From positions 1 through 60,262 of IMG/VR virus record IMGVR_UViG_3300044825_002252: 60,262 nucleotides of DNA, one strand, 5' to 3'. Below are positions 20,936-30,165 of the stretch, piece by piece (position 1 is the stretch's first letter; each line of letters begins with the position of its first letter). The position numbers and the translations under genes were made by a program. The notes below the pieces were generated by a model. The model made no database searches, had not been told where the DNA came from, and saw only the letters and a list, made by a program, of their open reading frames with translations. This stretch comes from a virus (lineage: Duplodnaviria; Caudoviricetes).

Positions 20936-21758
20936 GACTTATTTTTTTGAAAGTGGATTACCTCGTTCTGGTTCTACATTACTTTCTGCAATTCTAAATC
21001 AAAATCCAGACCTTCATTGTGGTGCAATATCTCCTGTTCTGGAGATTATGTATTATACAGAACAGTACTTTGAGGGATCAGAGCAAGCACTTGCATATCC
21101 AAAACCAGAACAGCATCATAAGATTATTTCAAGTGTGATTGATAATTATTATAGCGATAGAGAAGAGAAGTATATTATAGATAAATGTCGTGCCTGGCCG
21201 AATAATGTAGATCGAGCACAAGAATACATTACAAAAACTCCAAAGATTCTGTGTCCTGTGAGAGATGTATTAGAGATTCTTACATCTTTCATCGAAATGA
21301 TTCATCGCAATTCAAATCAATTGTCTTTTATAGATACCAGACTCATAGAAAAAGGGTATGCACTTACTGATAATAATAGATGCGATTATCTTATGTCTCA
21401 AGATGGTATTGTGGACCAGTCTTTATATGCATTTGGTGAGGGATTTAGAAAGGGATGTGAAAAGTATATGCATATAATTGAGTATAATGATTTGGTGAAT
21501 CATCCAGAAGAAACAATGAGAAAAATATATAAGTTTTTGGATATTCCACATTACTCACACGACTTCAATAACGTGTTCCATAAATATAGAGAGAAAGATA
21601 ATAAAATTTATGGACTAAGTGATATGCACGAAGTTCGTAAAGAAGTAAGAAAAACTTCTAAAAGACCTGAAGAAGTTTTGAGTGATTATATTTTAAATAA
21701 GTATTCTAATATGGAATTTTGGAGAAAGGCAAAACAACCAATCAGTCTTTTCATCTAA
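20928..21758 (+). CDS. PAPS-dependent sulfotransferase
   Basis: 5'-PSB loop GLPRSGSTLL; 3'-PB motif VRDVLEILTSF; IEYNDLVNHPEETMRKIYKFL. Confidence 0.85.
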   Translation: MHKTYFFESGLPRSGSTLLSAILNQNPDLHCGAISPVLEIMYYTEQYFEGSEQALAYPKPEQHHKIISSVIDNYYSDREEKYIIDKCRAWPNNVDRAQEYITKTPKILCPVRDVLEILTSFIEMIHRNSNQLSFIDTRLIEKGYALTDNNRCDYLMSQDGIVDQSLYAFGEGFRKGCEKYMHIIEYNDLVNHPEETMRKIYKFLDIPHYSHDFNNVFHKYREKDNKIYGLSDMHEVRKEVRKTSKRPEEVLSDYILNKYSNMEFWRKAKQPISLFI

Positions 21759-21762
21759 GCAA

Positions 21763-23601
21763 ATGACGATAAACAATAATAGTATATTTGGAGTATTTAC
21801 ACTTGGAGAAGTTCGTAGCGGAAGACTTTCTGGCGATTGGCTGAATAAAGAAGCAGTTGCGAATTATGGTTGGTTTGGCGGTGGATTTCTTCCAATAATA
21901 TCATCAGTAGATCGTATAGATTTCTCTAATGATTCGGTATCAGCATCACCAAGAGGTCCATTAAGTCAAACAAAAAATAATTTAGCAGCAACAGGAAATT
22001 CTAATTATGGATGGTTTGGTGCTGCAACAGCAGCAACATCCATTATATCAACTGTAGACCGTGTTGATTTTTCCAACGATTCTACAACAGCATTAATTAG
22101 AGGATCATTGAGTCTGTCAAAAAGTGAGGCAGCAGCAACAGGAAACTCTAATTACGGTTGGTTTGGTGGTGGGGGAGACCCTTCACCTGTTCTTATATTA
22201 TCTTCAGTAGACCGTATAGATTTCTCTAATGATTCCACAACGGCATCACCAAGAGGTCCATTGAGTTTAGCAAGATTGAGTTTAACATCAACAGGAAACT
22301 CTAACTATGGTTGGTTTGGAGGTGGTTCTCCAGGATCAATATCACAAATAGATCGTATAGATTTCTCTAATGATTCCACAACGGCATCACTAAGAGGTCC
22401 ATTGAGTCAGGTAAAAAATAACGTAGCAGCAACAGGAAATTCTAATTATGGTTGGTTTGGAGGTGGTACTCCTGGTCCACAATCAAGAGTAGACCGTATA
22501 GATTTCTCTAATGATTTAGTACAAGTATCAGTAAGAGGTTCATTAAGTCAAACAAGACATGATTTATCGGCAACAGGAAACTCTAACTATGGTTGGTTTG
22601 GTAGTGGTAGAAACCCATCAATTCCTGCGAGCTATAGTACAGTTGATCGTATAGATTTCTCAAATGATTCAGTCCAAGCATCTGTAAGAGGTTCATTACT
22701 TTTAGAAAAATATAATACTGCTGCAACCTCAGGAGTTCTCAATATTCGCAGGCAGAGAGGTGGAAATTTTGGATGGTTTGCTGGAGGTGGAAATCCATTT
22801 GCAATAGATTTTGTTAATAGAATTAATTTTTCAAATGATTTAACTTTAACACCAAGAGGAGCTTTAAGCACACCCATTCAAGGTTTAGCATCCGCTTCAA
22901 CGTCCGATTATGGTTGGTTTGGTTTAACTCGAATAGATAGAATAAACTTTTCTAATGATTTAACAACAGCATCACCAAGAGGATCATTACAAACAACTAG
23001 ACCAAATTTATCTGCTGCTGGAAATTCTAACTATGGCTGGTGGGCTGGTGGTCTACCTGGAGCACCAGTGGCAATTATAGAACGAATGAATTTTTCCAAT
23101 GATCTTGCATCAGGTTCACCAAGAGGACCATTAAGTGTGGGAAGAACCACCTTGGCTGCTACTGGAAATTCAAACTATGGTTGGTTTAGTGGTGCCTCAG
23201 GTGGTGCATTTGATCGTGTAAATTTTTCAAATGATTTAGCGACTGCATTACCAAGAGGTTCAGGTATGTCTAGGAGTTCTGTTGCTGCAACAGGAAACTC
23301 CAATTATGGTTGGTTTGGTGGTGGATATAATCCAAGAACAGCAATGGATCGTATAGATTTCTCAAATGATTTACTCGCTTCTTTACCTAGAGGACCAATA
23401 AGAGATAGGGCTGGACATGCTGCAACTGGAAACTCTAATTATGGTTGGTTTGGTGGTGGATTTGTTGGTGATCCATTACCTACAGTTGATCGCATAAATT
23501 TCTCTAACGATTCTGTATCATCGACAGCAAGTGGTTCATTTGTGAACTTATTCAGAGGATCTGTAGGACTAACAGCAGCATCAAACACCCCAATAGGATA
23601 A
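21763..23601 (+). CDS. Kelch-like repeat protein K2 (12 repeats)
   Basis: Same repeat unit as K1; N-terminal GVFTL motif; ends SNTPIG. Confidence 0.75.
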   Translation: MTINNNSIFGVFTLGEVRSGRLSGDWLNKEAVANYGWFGGGFLPIISSVDRIDFSNDSVSASPRGPLSQTKNNLAATGNSNYGWFGAATAATSIISTVDRVDFSNDSTTALIRGSLSLSKSEAAATGNSNYGWFGGGGDPSPVLILSSVDRIDFSNDSTTASPRGPLSLARLSLTSTGNSNYGWFGGGSPGSISQIDRIDFSNDSTTASLRGPLSQVKNNVAATGNSNYGWFGGGTPGPQSRVDRIDFSNDLVQVSVRGSLSQTRHDLSATGNSNYGWFGSGRNPSIPASYSTVDRIDFSNDSVQASVRGSLLLEKYNTAATSGVLNIRRQRGGNFGWFAGGGNPFAIDFVNRINFSNDLTLTPRGALSTPIQGLASASTSDYGWFGLTRIDRINFSNDLTTASPRGSLQTTRPNLSAAGNSNYGWWAGGLPGAPVAIIERMNFSNDLASGSPRGPLSVGRTTLAATGNSNYGWFSGASGGAFDRVNFSNDLATALPRGSGMSRSSVAATGNSNYGWFGGGYNPRTAMDRIDFSNDLLASLPRGPIRDRAGHAATGNSNYGWFGGGFVGDPLPTVDRINFSNDSVSSTASGSFVNLFRGSVGLTAASNTPIG

Positions 23602-23604
23602 AAT

Positions 23605-25125
23605 ATGAAATCAGGAGCAAGTGAAAGTTCTTATGTTTTTCTTGAAGAATATTATAAGTTTCCAGAAAATATTATAGTTTCTCATTTACCACAAGAACTT
23701 CAACAGTCAAATAAACCAATAAAAGTATTATGGTCGCAACATTCTTACGACCAACCAGTTTATCTTAACTTTGATTTTTCAATTTGTGATTTAATTGTAT
23801 CTCCATCCAACTGGTGTAGAGAACAATTCATCAAGTATCATCACATTCCAGAAGATAAAATCGTCACAATTCCAACAGGAGTATCCAAGCAATTTACATA
23901 TTCCAACAAGAAATCAAAAACATTTATCTATACTTCCATACCATATAAAGGTCTTGAAGTATTAGCACAAATCATTCCTCATATTCCAGAGGCAACATTT
24001 AAGATTTTCTCTGCGATGAATCTTTATGATATTCAAGAAGATCCATACACAGAACTTTATGAGTATCTCAAGTCACTTCCAAATGTGATCTACTCACCAG
24101 CAGTAGACCAAGCAGAACTGATAGAGCACTTACAAGATGCTGCGTTCTTTATTCATCCAAACATCTGGGAAGAAACATTCTGTGTTTCACTAGCAGAAGC
24201 AATGTCTTGTGGTTGTTATCCAATTTTGACTGACATTGGAGCACTTCCAGAAGTATCAAATGAGATTGCAAATATTGTTCCAATGGAAGGTATAAGAACC
24301 ACAAAAGGTTATGAAGTTACAGACAACTTCCTAAATAACTTTATAGATGCCTGTAAGTCTGCATTATATTTCTTTGATACTGATAGGCAATACTACGACC
24401 AAATTTCACAATCTGCTTCACATTATGCTACTGAAACTTATGATTGGAAGTTGGTTTCTAAACTATGGGAAAATGCTATGAACTCTTTATTATACCCAAA
24501 AACTAATGAACTTTATTTTCGTCCACAAACATTAGATGAATGGATATACAATGAAGTTTATGTAGAAAACACTTATGAGATAAACCAATTCAACCAAGAT
24601 GATATTGTAGTTGATATTGGAGCACACTCTGGATATTTCACAAAACTCTGTTTGGATAAAGGTTGCAGACAAGTACATTGTTTTGAGCCAGAAGAAGATA
24701 ATTTTCAAAATCTTCTGAGAAATCTTTCATCTTATAAGCAATATCAACCTTATCAATTAGCAGTTCATAAAGAAATGGGAACTTATGATTTTTGTGTTGT
24801 TCCTGGAAAAAATACTGGACTGCATTCTTTATATCAAAGAGGTGGGATTTCAACAAAAGTAAATTGCGTATCTCTTGATAATATTCTATCCAAATTGGAA
24901 AAAGTTTCACTGCTAAAAATTGATACTGAAGGTTCAGAGTTTGAGATTTTAATGAACTCAAAACTTCTTCATAAAGTTGAAAAGATTGTTGGTGAATATC
25001 ACAATGATTTGACTGAGTATCATATTCATAATCTAATTGAATTTTTAGAGCGGAATGATTTTACGATTGATAAAATTAAAGAAACTAATGATACATCAGG
25101 AACTTTCTTTGCAACACATAAATAA
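23605..25125 (+). CDS. GT4-family (GT-B) glycosyltransferase fused to FkbM-type methyltransferase
   Basis: GT4 motifs YTSIPYKGL and EETFCVSLAEAMSCG..TDIGALPEV; FkbM motifs VDIGAHSG, FEP and LLKIDTEGSE. Confidence 0.85.
   Translation: MKSGASESSYVFLEEYYKFPENIIVSHLPQELQQSNKPIKVLWSQHSYDQPVYLNFDFSICDLIVSPSNWCREQFIKYHHIPEDKIVTIPTGVSKQFTYSNKKSKTFIYTSIPYKGLEVLAQIIPHIPEATFKIFSAMNLYDIQEDPYTELYEYLKSLPNVIYSPAVDQAELIEHLQDAAFFIHPNIWEETFCVSLAEAMSCGCYPILTDIGALPEVSNEIANIVPMEGIRTTKGYEVTDNFLNNFIDACKSALYFFDTDRQYYDQISQSASHYATETYDWKLVSKLWENAMNSLLYPKTNELYFRPQTLDEWIYNEVYVENTYEINQFNQDDIVVDIGAHSGYFTKLCLDKGCRQVHCFEPEEDNFQNLLRNLSSYKQYQPYQLAVHKEMGTYDFCVVPGKNTGLHSLYQRGGISTKVNCVSLDNILSKLEKVSLLKIDTEGSEFEILMNSKLLHKVEKIVGEYHNDLTEYHIHNLIEFLERNDFTIDKIKETNDTSGTFFATHK
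25118..25124 (+). promoter_or_regulatory. Late promoter motif ATAAATA
   Basis: At the 3' end of GT4-FkbM, upstream of ATG 25153. Confidence 0.5.
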
Positions 25126-25152
25126 GAATAGTTATCATTTTATAAAATATAA

Positions 25153-25989
25153 ATGACTGAAAATTGTAACCAACTGCAAATTATTTCCCCAGAGGAAGCA
25201 GTAAGTAACGAAGAATATTTACAACAAGCATTTCAGGAAGTCCTTCGTTGGGAAGAATCAGATAAAGAACTCGCACAAGGCAGAACCAATTTCCAGATTG
25301 AGAAGTTCTTTCTGTTAGAACAATATACAGTTCCAGCAGCATTCCAAGCAGCAATTAAGAATCGTCGTATTCTTGCTGAAGGTTATATGCAGAAACTGAT
25401 TGAAATGAAAGAGAAGGTTCGTGAATTTGAGTATCGTTGGAAAGGTAAGAATAAAGAAGAACCAGTAGAGTGGCATACTTCAGGACCCAATGGTGGATCC
25501 ACAAAACTTTATTGGTATGATTTGGATTCTCTTTCAACTCAAAATTACTTGAAATCTTGTGAGTTAGAGATTCGTGATCGCATCCAACAAATGAATTTCT
25601 TTGATAAGATTATCAATCGTCTGATTGAACTGAATGGTGGTAAGACAGTTACTAGAGAACAGTTTGAAGCAGAAGATCACGTTTATTGGGAACGTCGTTT
25701 TGCAGAGCAATCTCTGGATGAAATGGTAAGTTCCAAGACTGGTATTAGTATTGGTAATCTTCACTCAATGAGAAGAGGAACTGCTCCAACACTAGTAAGT
25801 GAAGACACAAATCGTATTAAGAATGGTTATGGATCACTTGCTGATGCAATCAATGATCCAGAAAGATTCCTAAATACTCTACAAGAGAAAGTTCTCCGTG
25901 GTATTGAAGAAGTTACAAATACTGATCTTGGTCTAATTGCTCCTGGTACAGAACAACATCAACAACTTTTAGAAACTAGAAATCCATAA
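25153..25989 (+). CDS. Hypothetical alpha-helical/coiled-coil protein
   Basis: 278 aa, E/K/Q/R-rich, no recognisable catalytic motif. Confidence 0.6.
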   Translation: MTENCNQLQIISPEEAVSNEEYLQQAFQEVLRWEESDKELAQGRTNFQIEKFFLLEQYTVPAAFQAAIKNRRILAEGYMQKLIEMKEKVREFEYRWKGKNKEEPVEWHTSGPNGGSTKLYWYDLDSLSTQNYLKSCELEIRDRIQQMNFFDKIINRLIELNGGKTVTREQFEAEDHVYWERRFAEQSLDEMVSSKTGISIGNLHSMRRGTAPTLVSEDTNRIKNGYGSLADAINDPERFLNTLQEKVLRGIEEVTNTDLGLIAPGTEQHQQLLETRNP

Positions 25990-26000
25990 GGAGAAAATAA

Positions 26001-28241
26001 ATGCCTGCAGGAGACGTATTTGGACTTGATGGATTTTTTCTCAACAAGTCAAATCCTATTGTTGTTTCTACAATAGGTATTAACTCAACAGATTCTTCTG
26101 CTGGTATTGCAGTTACTGCAGGTTCTTTTAGTTCTGGAACAGTAACATTAAATCTGTCCGATGCTGTGGGTCTTTCTACGACACCTTTTTATACTGGTGC
26201 AAAAATTGCAGTATCTGGTTTAGTAGATGCAACAGGAGTAGCACATACTGGATATAATGGAACTTTTGTAGTTACTGGTTTTGCAGGAACCACAACAGTT
26301 TCTTATGCAACCACTGGTTATATTGGTCCAGTAACTGCTGGTATTACCACAACTGGTTTGGTAATGTTAGTGACTGATACACAAGTCACTAACACAACTT
26401 GGAGTAGCAATCAAACTCACGGTTGGTTTGGTGGTGGTTCTCCTGGAAGCGGAACATTATCAGCAGTAAACCGCATAGATTTCTCTAATGATACCATAAC
26501 AGCATCACCAAGAGGTACATTAAGTTTAGCAAGACAACGTTTAGCAGCAACAGGAAACTCTAACTATGGTTGGTTTGGTGGTGGATCCAATACAACTCCA
26601 GCAATAATATCAACAGTAGACCGTATAGATTTCTCTAATGATTCTGGAACAGCATCACCAAGAAGTCCATTAAGTTTAGCGAGAGAGAGATTAGCAGCAA
26701 CAGGAAACTCTAACTACGGTTGGTTTGGTGGTGGTATTATTCCTAGTCCAGCAGTAGTATCAACAGTAGACCGTATAGATTTCTCTAATGATTCTGGAAC
26801 AGCATCACTAAGAAGTCCATTAAGTTTCGCAAGAGAGAGATTAGCATCAGTAGGAAACTCTAATTATGGTTGGTTTGGTGGAGGATTAGTTCCAGGTTCA
26901 GTAAGAGTATCAACAGTAGACCGTATAGATTTCTCAAATGATTTACTCGCATCTTTACCTAGAGGACCAATAAGAGATAGACCTGGACATGCTGCAACTG
27001 GAAACTCTAATTATGGTTGGTTTGGTGGTGGCGGATCTACGCCACCATCGTCAACATTTTCAACATTATCAACAATAGACCGTATAGATTTTTCTAATGA
27101 TTCTACAACAGCATCACCAAGAAGTACATTAAGTTTAGCAAGAGGTAATTTAGCAGCAACAGGAAACTCTAACTACGGTTGGTTTGGTGGTGGATTCACA
27201 CCACCAGGAAATCTGTCAACAGTAGACCGTATAAATTTTTCTAATGATTCTGTAACAGCATCACCAAGAGGACCATTGAGTTCAGGAAGATATAGTTTAG
27301 CAGCAACATCAGGACAGGCAAGAAGTTTATCATTTAAATCTTTACCAGTAAAATTAGGTTTTGGATGGTTTGTTGGAGGATTTACTCCACCATCAACATC
27401 ATCAAATAGAATAGATCGTATAAATTTTTCCAACGATTCTGCAACAGCATTGACTAGAGGTGGTTTGCAAGCAGGAGTCTCTGTGGCTCCTGCTGCAACA
27501 TCAAATGCTAATTATGGATTCTTTACTGCTAATAATAATGTTATAGATTTTTCCAACGACTTAATTCAATCAAGAATTGATACATTAATTTTTACAGATT
27601 TTGGAGCATATTCTTCAGCAACAGGAAATTATAACTATGGTTGGTTTGGCGGTGGTAGTCCTGGAGCTAGAACTTCTGTTACTCGTTTAAATTATTCAAA
27701 TTTTACAGCAGCAACTACACCAAGAGGTCTATTAAGTCAAGGAAGATATGGTTTAGAAGCAACAGGAAACTCTAATTATGGTTGGTTTGCTGGTGGCGCA
27801 AACGCCACTCCGACAATAGTAAATACAGTAGATAGAATAGATTTTTCTAATGATTTCATATCAGCATCTCCTAGAGGATCATTAATTATTCCAAATTTAT
27901 TTGTTGCCGCAACAGGAAACTCTAATTATGGTTGGTTCGGTGGTGGTTATCTTGCACCAGGACCAGTAAGATATTCAAGAATACAACGTATAGATTTTTC
28001 TAATGATTCTATTTTAGCCCTATTAAGAAGTCAATTAACAGCAGAAAAATCTGGTGCATCTGCTTCGGGAAATTCCAATTATGGTTGGTTTGGTGGTGGA
28101 TTCGTTGCACCAGGATTTTCAACAATAGCAGCAGTAGATAGAATTGATTTCTCAAATGATCTTGCCTCGGCATCACCCAGAGGACCACTAAGTCAAAGTA
28201 GAGGTGGACTTGCCTCAGTATCAAATGTACGAATAGGATAA
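26001..28241 (+). CDS. Kelch-like repeat protein K3 (N-terminal beta domain + 12 repeats)
   Basis: AAGGAG RBS; DVFGL N-terminal motif; GYNGTFVVTG insert domain; 12 repeats; ends SNVRIG. Confidence 0.75.
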   Translation: MPAGDVFGLDGFFLNKSNPIVVSTIGINSTDSSAGIAVTAGSFSSGTVTLNLSDAVGLSTTPFYTGAKIAVSGLVDATGVAHTGYNGTFVVTGFAGTTTVSYATTGYIGPVTAGITTTGLVMLVTDTQVTNTTWSSNQTHGWFGGGSPGSGTLSAVNRIDFSNDTITASPRGTLSLARQRLAATGNSNYGWFGGGSNTTPAIISTVDRIDFSNDSGTASPRSPLSLARERLAATGNSNYGWFGGGIIPSPAVVSTVDRIDFSNDSGTASLRSPLSFARERLASVGNSNYGWFGGGLVPGSVRVSTVDRIDFSNDLLASLPRGPIRDRPGHAATGNSNYGWFGGGGSTPPSSTFSTLSTIDRIDFSNDSTTASPRSTLSLARGNLAATGNSNYGWFGGGFTPPGNLSTVDRINFSNDSVTASPRGPLSSGRYSLAATSGQARSLSFKSLPVKLGFGWFVGGFTPPSTSSNRIDRINFSNDSATALTRGGLQAGVSVAPAATSNANYGFFTANNNVIDFSNDLIQSRIDTLIFTDFGAYSSATGNYNYGWFGGGSPGARTSVTRLNYSNFTAATTPRGLLSQGRYGLEATGNSNYGWFAGGANATPTIVNTVDRIDFSNDFISASPRGSLIIPNLFVAATGNSNYGWFGGGYLAPGPVRYSRIQRIDFSNDSILALLRSQLTAEKSGASASGNSNYGWFGGGFVAPGFSTIAAVDRIDFSNDLASASPRGPLSQSRGGLASVSNVRIG

Positions 28242-28244
28242 ATA
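28238..28244 (+). promoter_or_regulatory. Late promoter motif ATAAATA overlapping the K3 stop codon
   Basis: gga TAA ata. Confidence 0.55.
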
Positions 28245-28265
28245 CCTCAAAATACACTATACTAA

Positions 28266-28916
28266 ATGAATTTATTATCCAAAGTTTTGATTGCACCAAA
28301 GGTCATCAACCAAGAAGGTATTGATGCACTGGTACATCATATGAAAACTTCAACAACAGAAGACCTTTCAGTATTCGACCCAGACAAATCCAATCAGACA
28401 CGAGGAACTGAATGGATTACTGACAAAAAATTAAGAGATACTCAAATTGCTCCAATTGAACCTGTATTTACACAGGTCAATGAACTGATGCATCATATTG
28501 TAAAGCAAGTCATCAATCCCTTTTATCAATTTGAGGTCGATAGTTCAGAAGTTCCACAACTCCTTTGTTATGGGGTAGGAGGACACTATCAACCTCATAT
28601 TGATGGCGAAGGTGTATGGACTGCACCAGACCAAACACAGATCTGGAGAAAGACAGTAGATCGTGATTTATCAATGGTCTTATATCTAAATGATGAATTT
28701 GAAGGTGGTGATTTTGTATTTCCAGACCTTCATATTCGCATTCGTCCTGAACCTGGACTTCTAGTATGTTTTCCTTCTAACAGATATTATCGTCACGGTG
28801 TTGAACCAGTAACCAAAGGAAACAGATATTCAATGGTGACTTGGATGACAGTCAAAGGATTTGAGAGTATGGAAACTCAATGCAACAATCTTAAATCTAA
28901 ATATGGTGTATGCTAA
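28266..28916 (+). CDS. Prolyl-4-hydroxylase-like 2OG-Fe(II) oxygenase
   Basis: YGVGGHYQPHID (HxD), LSMVLYLNDEFEGGDF, RHGVEPVTKGNRYSMVTW (distal His, 2OG-binding Arg). Confidence 0.85.
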   Translation: MNLLSKVLIAPKVINQEGIDALVHHMKTSTTEDLSVFDPDKSNQTRGTEWITDKKLRDTQIAPIEPVFTQVNELMHHIVKQVINPFYQFEVDSSEVPQLLCYGVGGHYQPHIDGEGVWTAPDQTQIWRKTVDRDLSMVLYLNDEFEGGDFVFPDLHIRIRPEPGLLVCFPSNRYYRHGVEPVTKGNRYSMVTWMTVKGFESMETQCNNLKSKYGVC

Positions 28917-28922
28917 AGAAAA

Positions 28923-29417
28923 ATGATTAATTATACTTGGAATATTATTAGATTAGATTGTGCTCCATCAGAAAATGGATTAACGAATGTAGTTAAAGTT
29001 ATCCATTGGAGTCTTACAGGAACAGATGAGAACGGATTGTCTGCATCAATCAATAATTTATATCCACTTCCTTCACCAACTCCAGAAGGATTTACTGACT
29101 ATTCAACTCTTACTGAAGAAACTGTGATTGGTTGGTTGGAAAGTAATCTTGATGTTGGATACTTACAAACAAAACTTGCTAATGAGATTGCAACTCAATA
29201 TAATCCTCCAATCACCCCATTACCTCTTCCTTGGATAAAAGTGGAAGAACCTGTTGTTGAAGAACCAGTACTAGAACTTGTTGAAGAACCAGTTGTACTT
29301 GGAGTACCATCACTAGAAGAAATGATTGCTGATGGGTTTAAACCCGATGCACGAGATGGTGATAATGATGGAATGGTTCAGGACACAACTAAATGGGAAA
29401 GACCAATTGATTTATAG
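28923..29417 (+). CDS. Fibre-associated hypothetical protein with C-terminal DxDxDG motif
   Basis: YTWNI..LD..NVVKVIHW..FTDYSTLTEETVIGW; EEPV repeats; ARDGDNDGMVQD. Confidence 0.55.
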   Translation: MINYTWNIIRLDCAPSENGLTNVVKVIHWSLTGTDENGLSASINNLYPLPSPTPEGFTDYSTLTEETVIGWLESNLDVGYLQTKLANEIATQYNPPITPLPLPWIKVEEPVVEEPVLELVEEPVVLGVPSLEEMIADGFKPDARDGDNDGMVQDTTKWERPIDL

Positions 29418-29425
29418 TATGATAT

Positions 29426-29433
29426 TATAAATA
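29426..29433 (+). promoter_or_regulatory. Canonical T4 late promoter TATAAATA
   Basis: Exact T4 late consensus in an intergenic gap before ATG 29453. Confidence 0.7.
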
Positions 29434-29452
29434 TTTAAAACCATAAAGAAAA

Positions 29453-29794
29453 ATGGCAGTCGCTGAAATTAACAACTTAACTATTGAAAAAGGAACCACC
29501 TTTGCTGCTACTTTTAACTTATCGAATGCTGATGGTACAAGTGTTGCATTCCCTGGTATATCAAGTGTTTATGCAAAAATAGCAAAATATCCAACATCAA
29601 GCGAATCTGAAACTTTTACAGCAAATTTAACTACATCAACTGGAATTTTAGTATTAACTTTACCGTCAAATAAAACTGCCAATTTAAAAACTGGTAGAAA
29701 TTATTTTGATGTTTCAATATGGAATAGTGTAAATAACGCTACAATTAAGTACATTAAAGGAACAATTATAGTAGAAGATAGTGTCTCGGTGTAA
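29453..29794 (+). CDS. Small Ig-like structural protein
   Basis: NLTIEKGTTFAATFNL..GILVLTLP..T..LKTGRNYFDV..GTIIV pattern common in phage tail regions. Confidence 0.6.
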   Translation: MAVAEINNLTIEKGTTFAATFNLSNADGTSVAFPGISSVYAKIAKYPTSSESETFTANLTTSTGILVLTLPSNKTANLKTGRNYFDVSIWNSVNNATIKYIKGTIIVEDSVSV

Positions 29795-29796
29795 AC

Positions 29797-30129
29797 ATGT
29801 CAATTAAAATAAATGTCACACCTAGTTCTAATATAAAGGTATCAACATCAGGGACAAATTCATATTCAATAAAATCGTCTTTATCTGTAACAATCATGCC
29901 ACAAAGACTAAATGAATTATCTGACGTTGATATTACTGGGGATCCAGATAATTACGTTTTGATGTATGATGCAGCAACTTCAACTTGGAAAAATAGAAAC
30001 CCAGATGAAGTTTTAATTGCTGCAACAGAAGACAATTCTCCAGGTTATGTTGGATTGCCTAGTGCATTCGAAAATCAACTTGATGTAGATTTAGACAATA
30101 AAATTGATTTGGACGCTGGAGAATTTTAA
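29797..30129 (+). CDS. Small tail-associated protein
   Basis: LNELSDVD..VLMYDAATSTWKN repeat motif; C-terminal DAGEF. Confidence 0.6.
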   Translation: MSIKINVTPSSNIKVSTSGTNSYSIKSSLSVTIMPQRLNELSDVDITGDPDNYVLMYDAATSTWKNRNPDEVLIAATEDNSPGYVGLPSAFENQLDVDLDNKIDLDAGEF

Positions 30130-30135
30130 ATCAAA

Positions 30136-30142
30136 ATAAATA
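30136..30142 (+). promoter_or_regulatory. Late promoter motif ATAAATA
   Basis: Intergenic, before ATG 30166. Confidence 0.55.
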
Positions 30143-30165
30143 ATATTATAATTTAATAGGATAAA

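Noticed and set aside
18473-28241. CRISPR-like appearance of the regularly spaced GGAAACTCTAATTATGGTTGGTTTGG repeats
   Set aside because: Spacing is about 150 nt, the repeats are in frame with synonymous variation, the 'spacers' are homologous to each other, and there are no cas genes.
17818-28916. DNA hypermodification cluster as the explanation for the GT/oxygenase/sulfotransferase genes
   Set aside because: Judged less likely, not excluded: the genes sit among structural genes behind late-promoter motifs, with no nucleotide kinase, thymidylate-synthase-like or TET/JBP-plus-methylase partner in the window.
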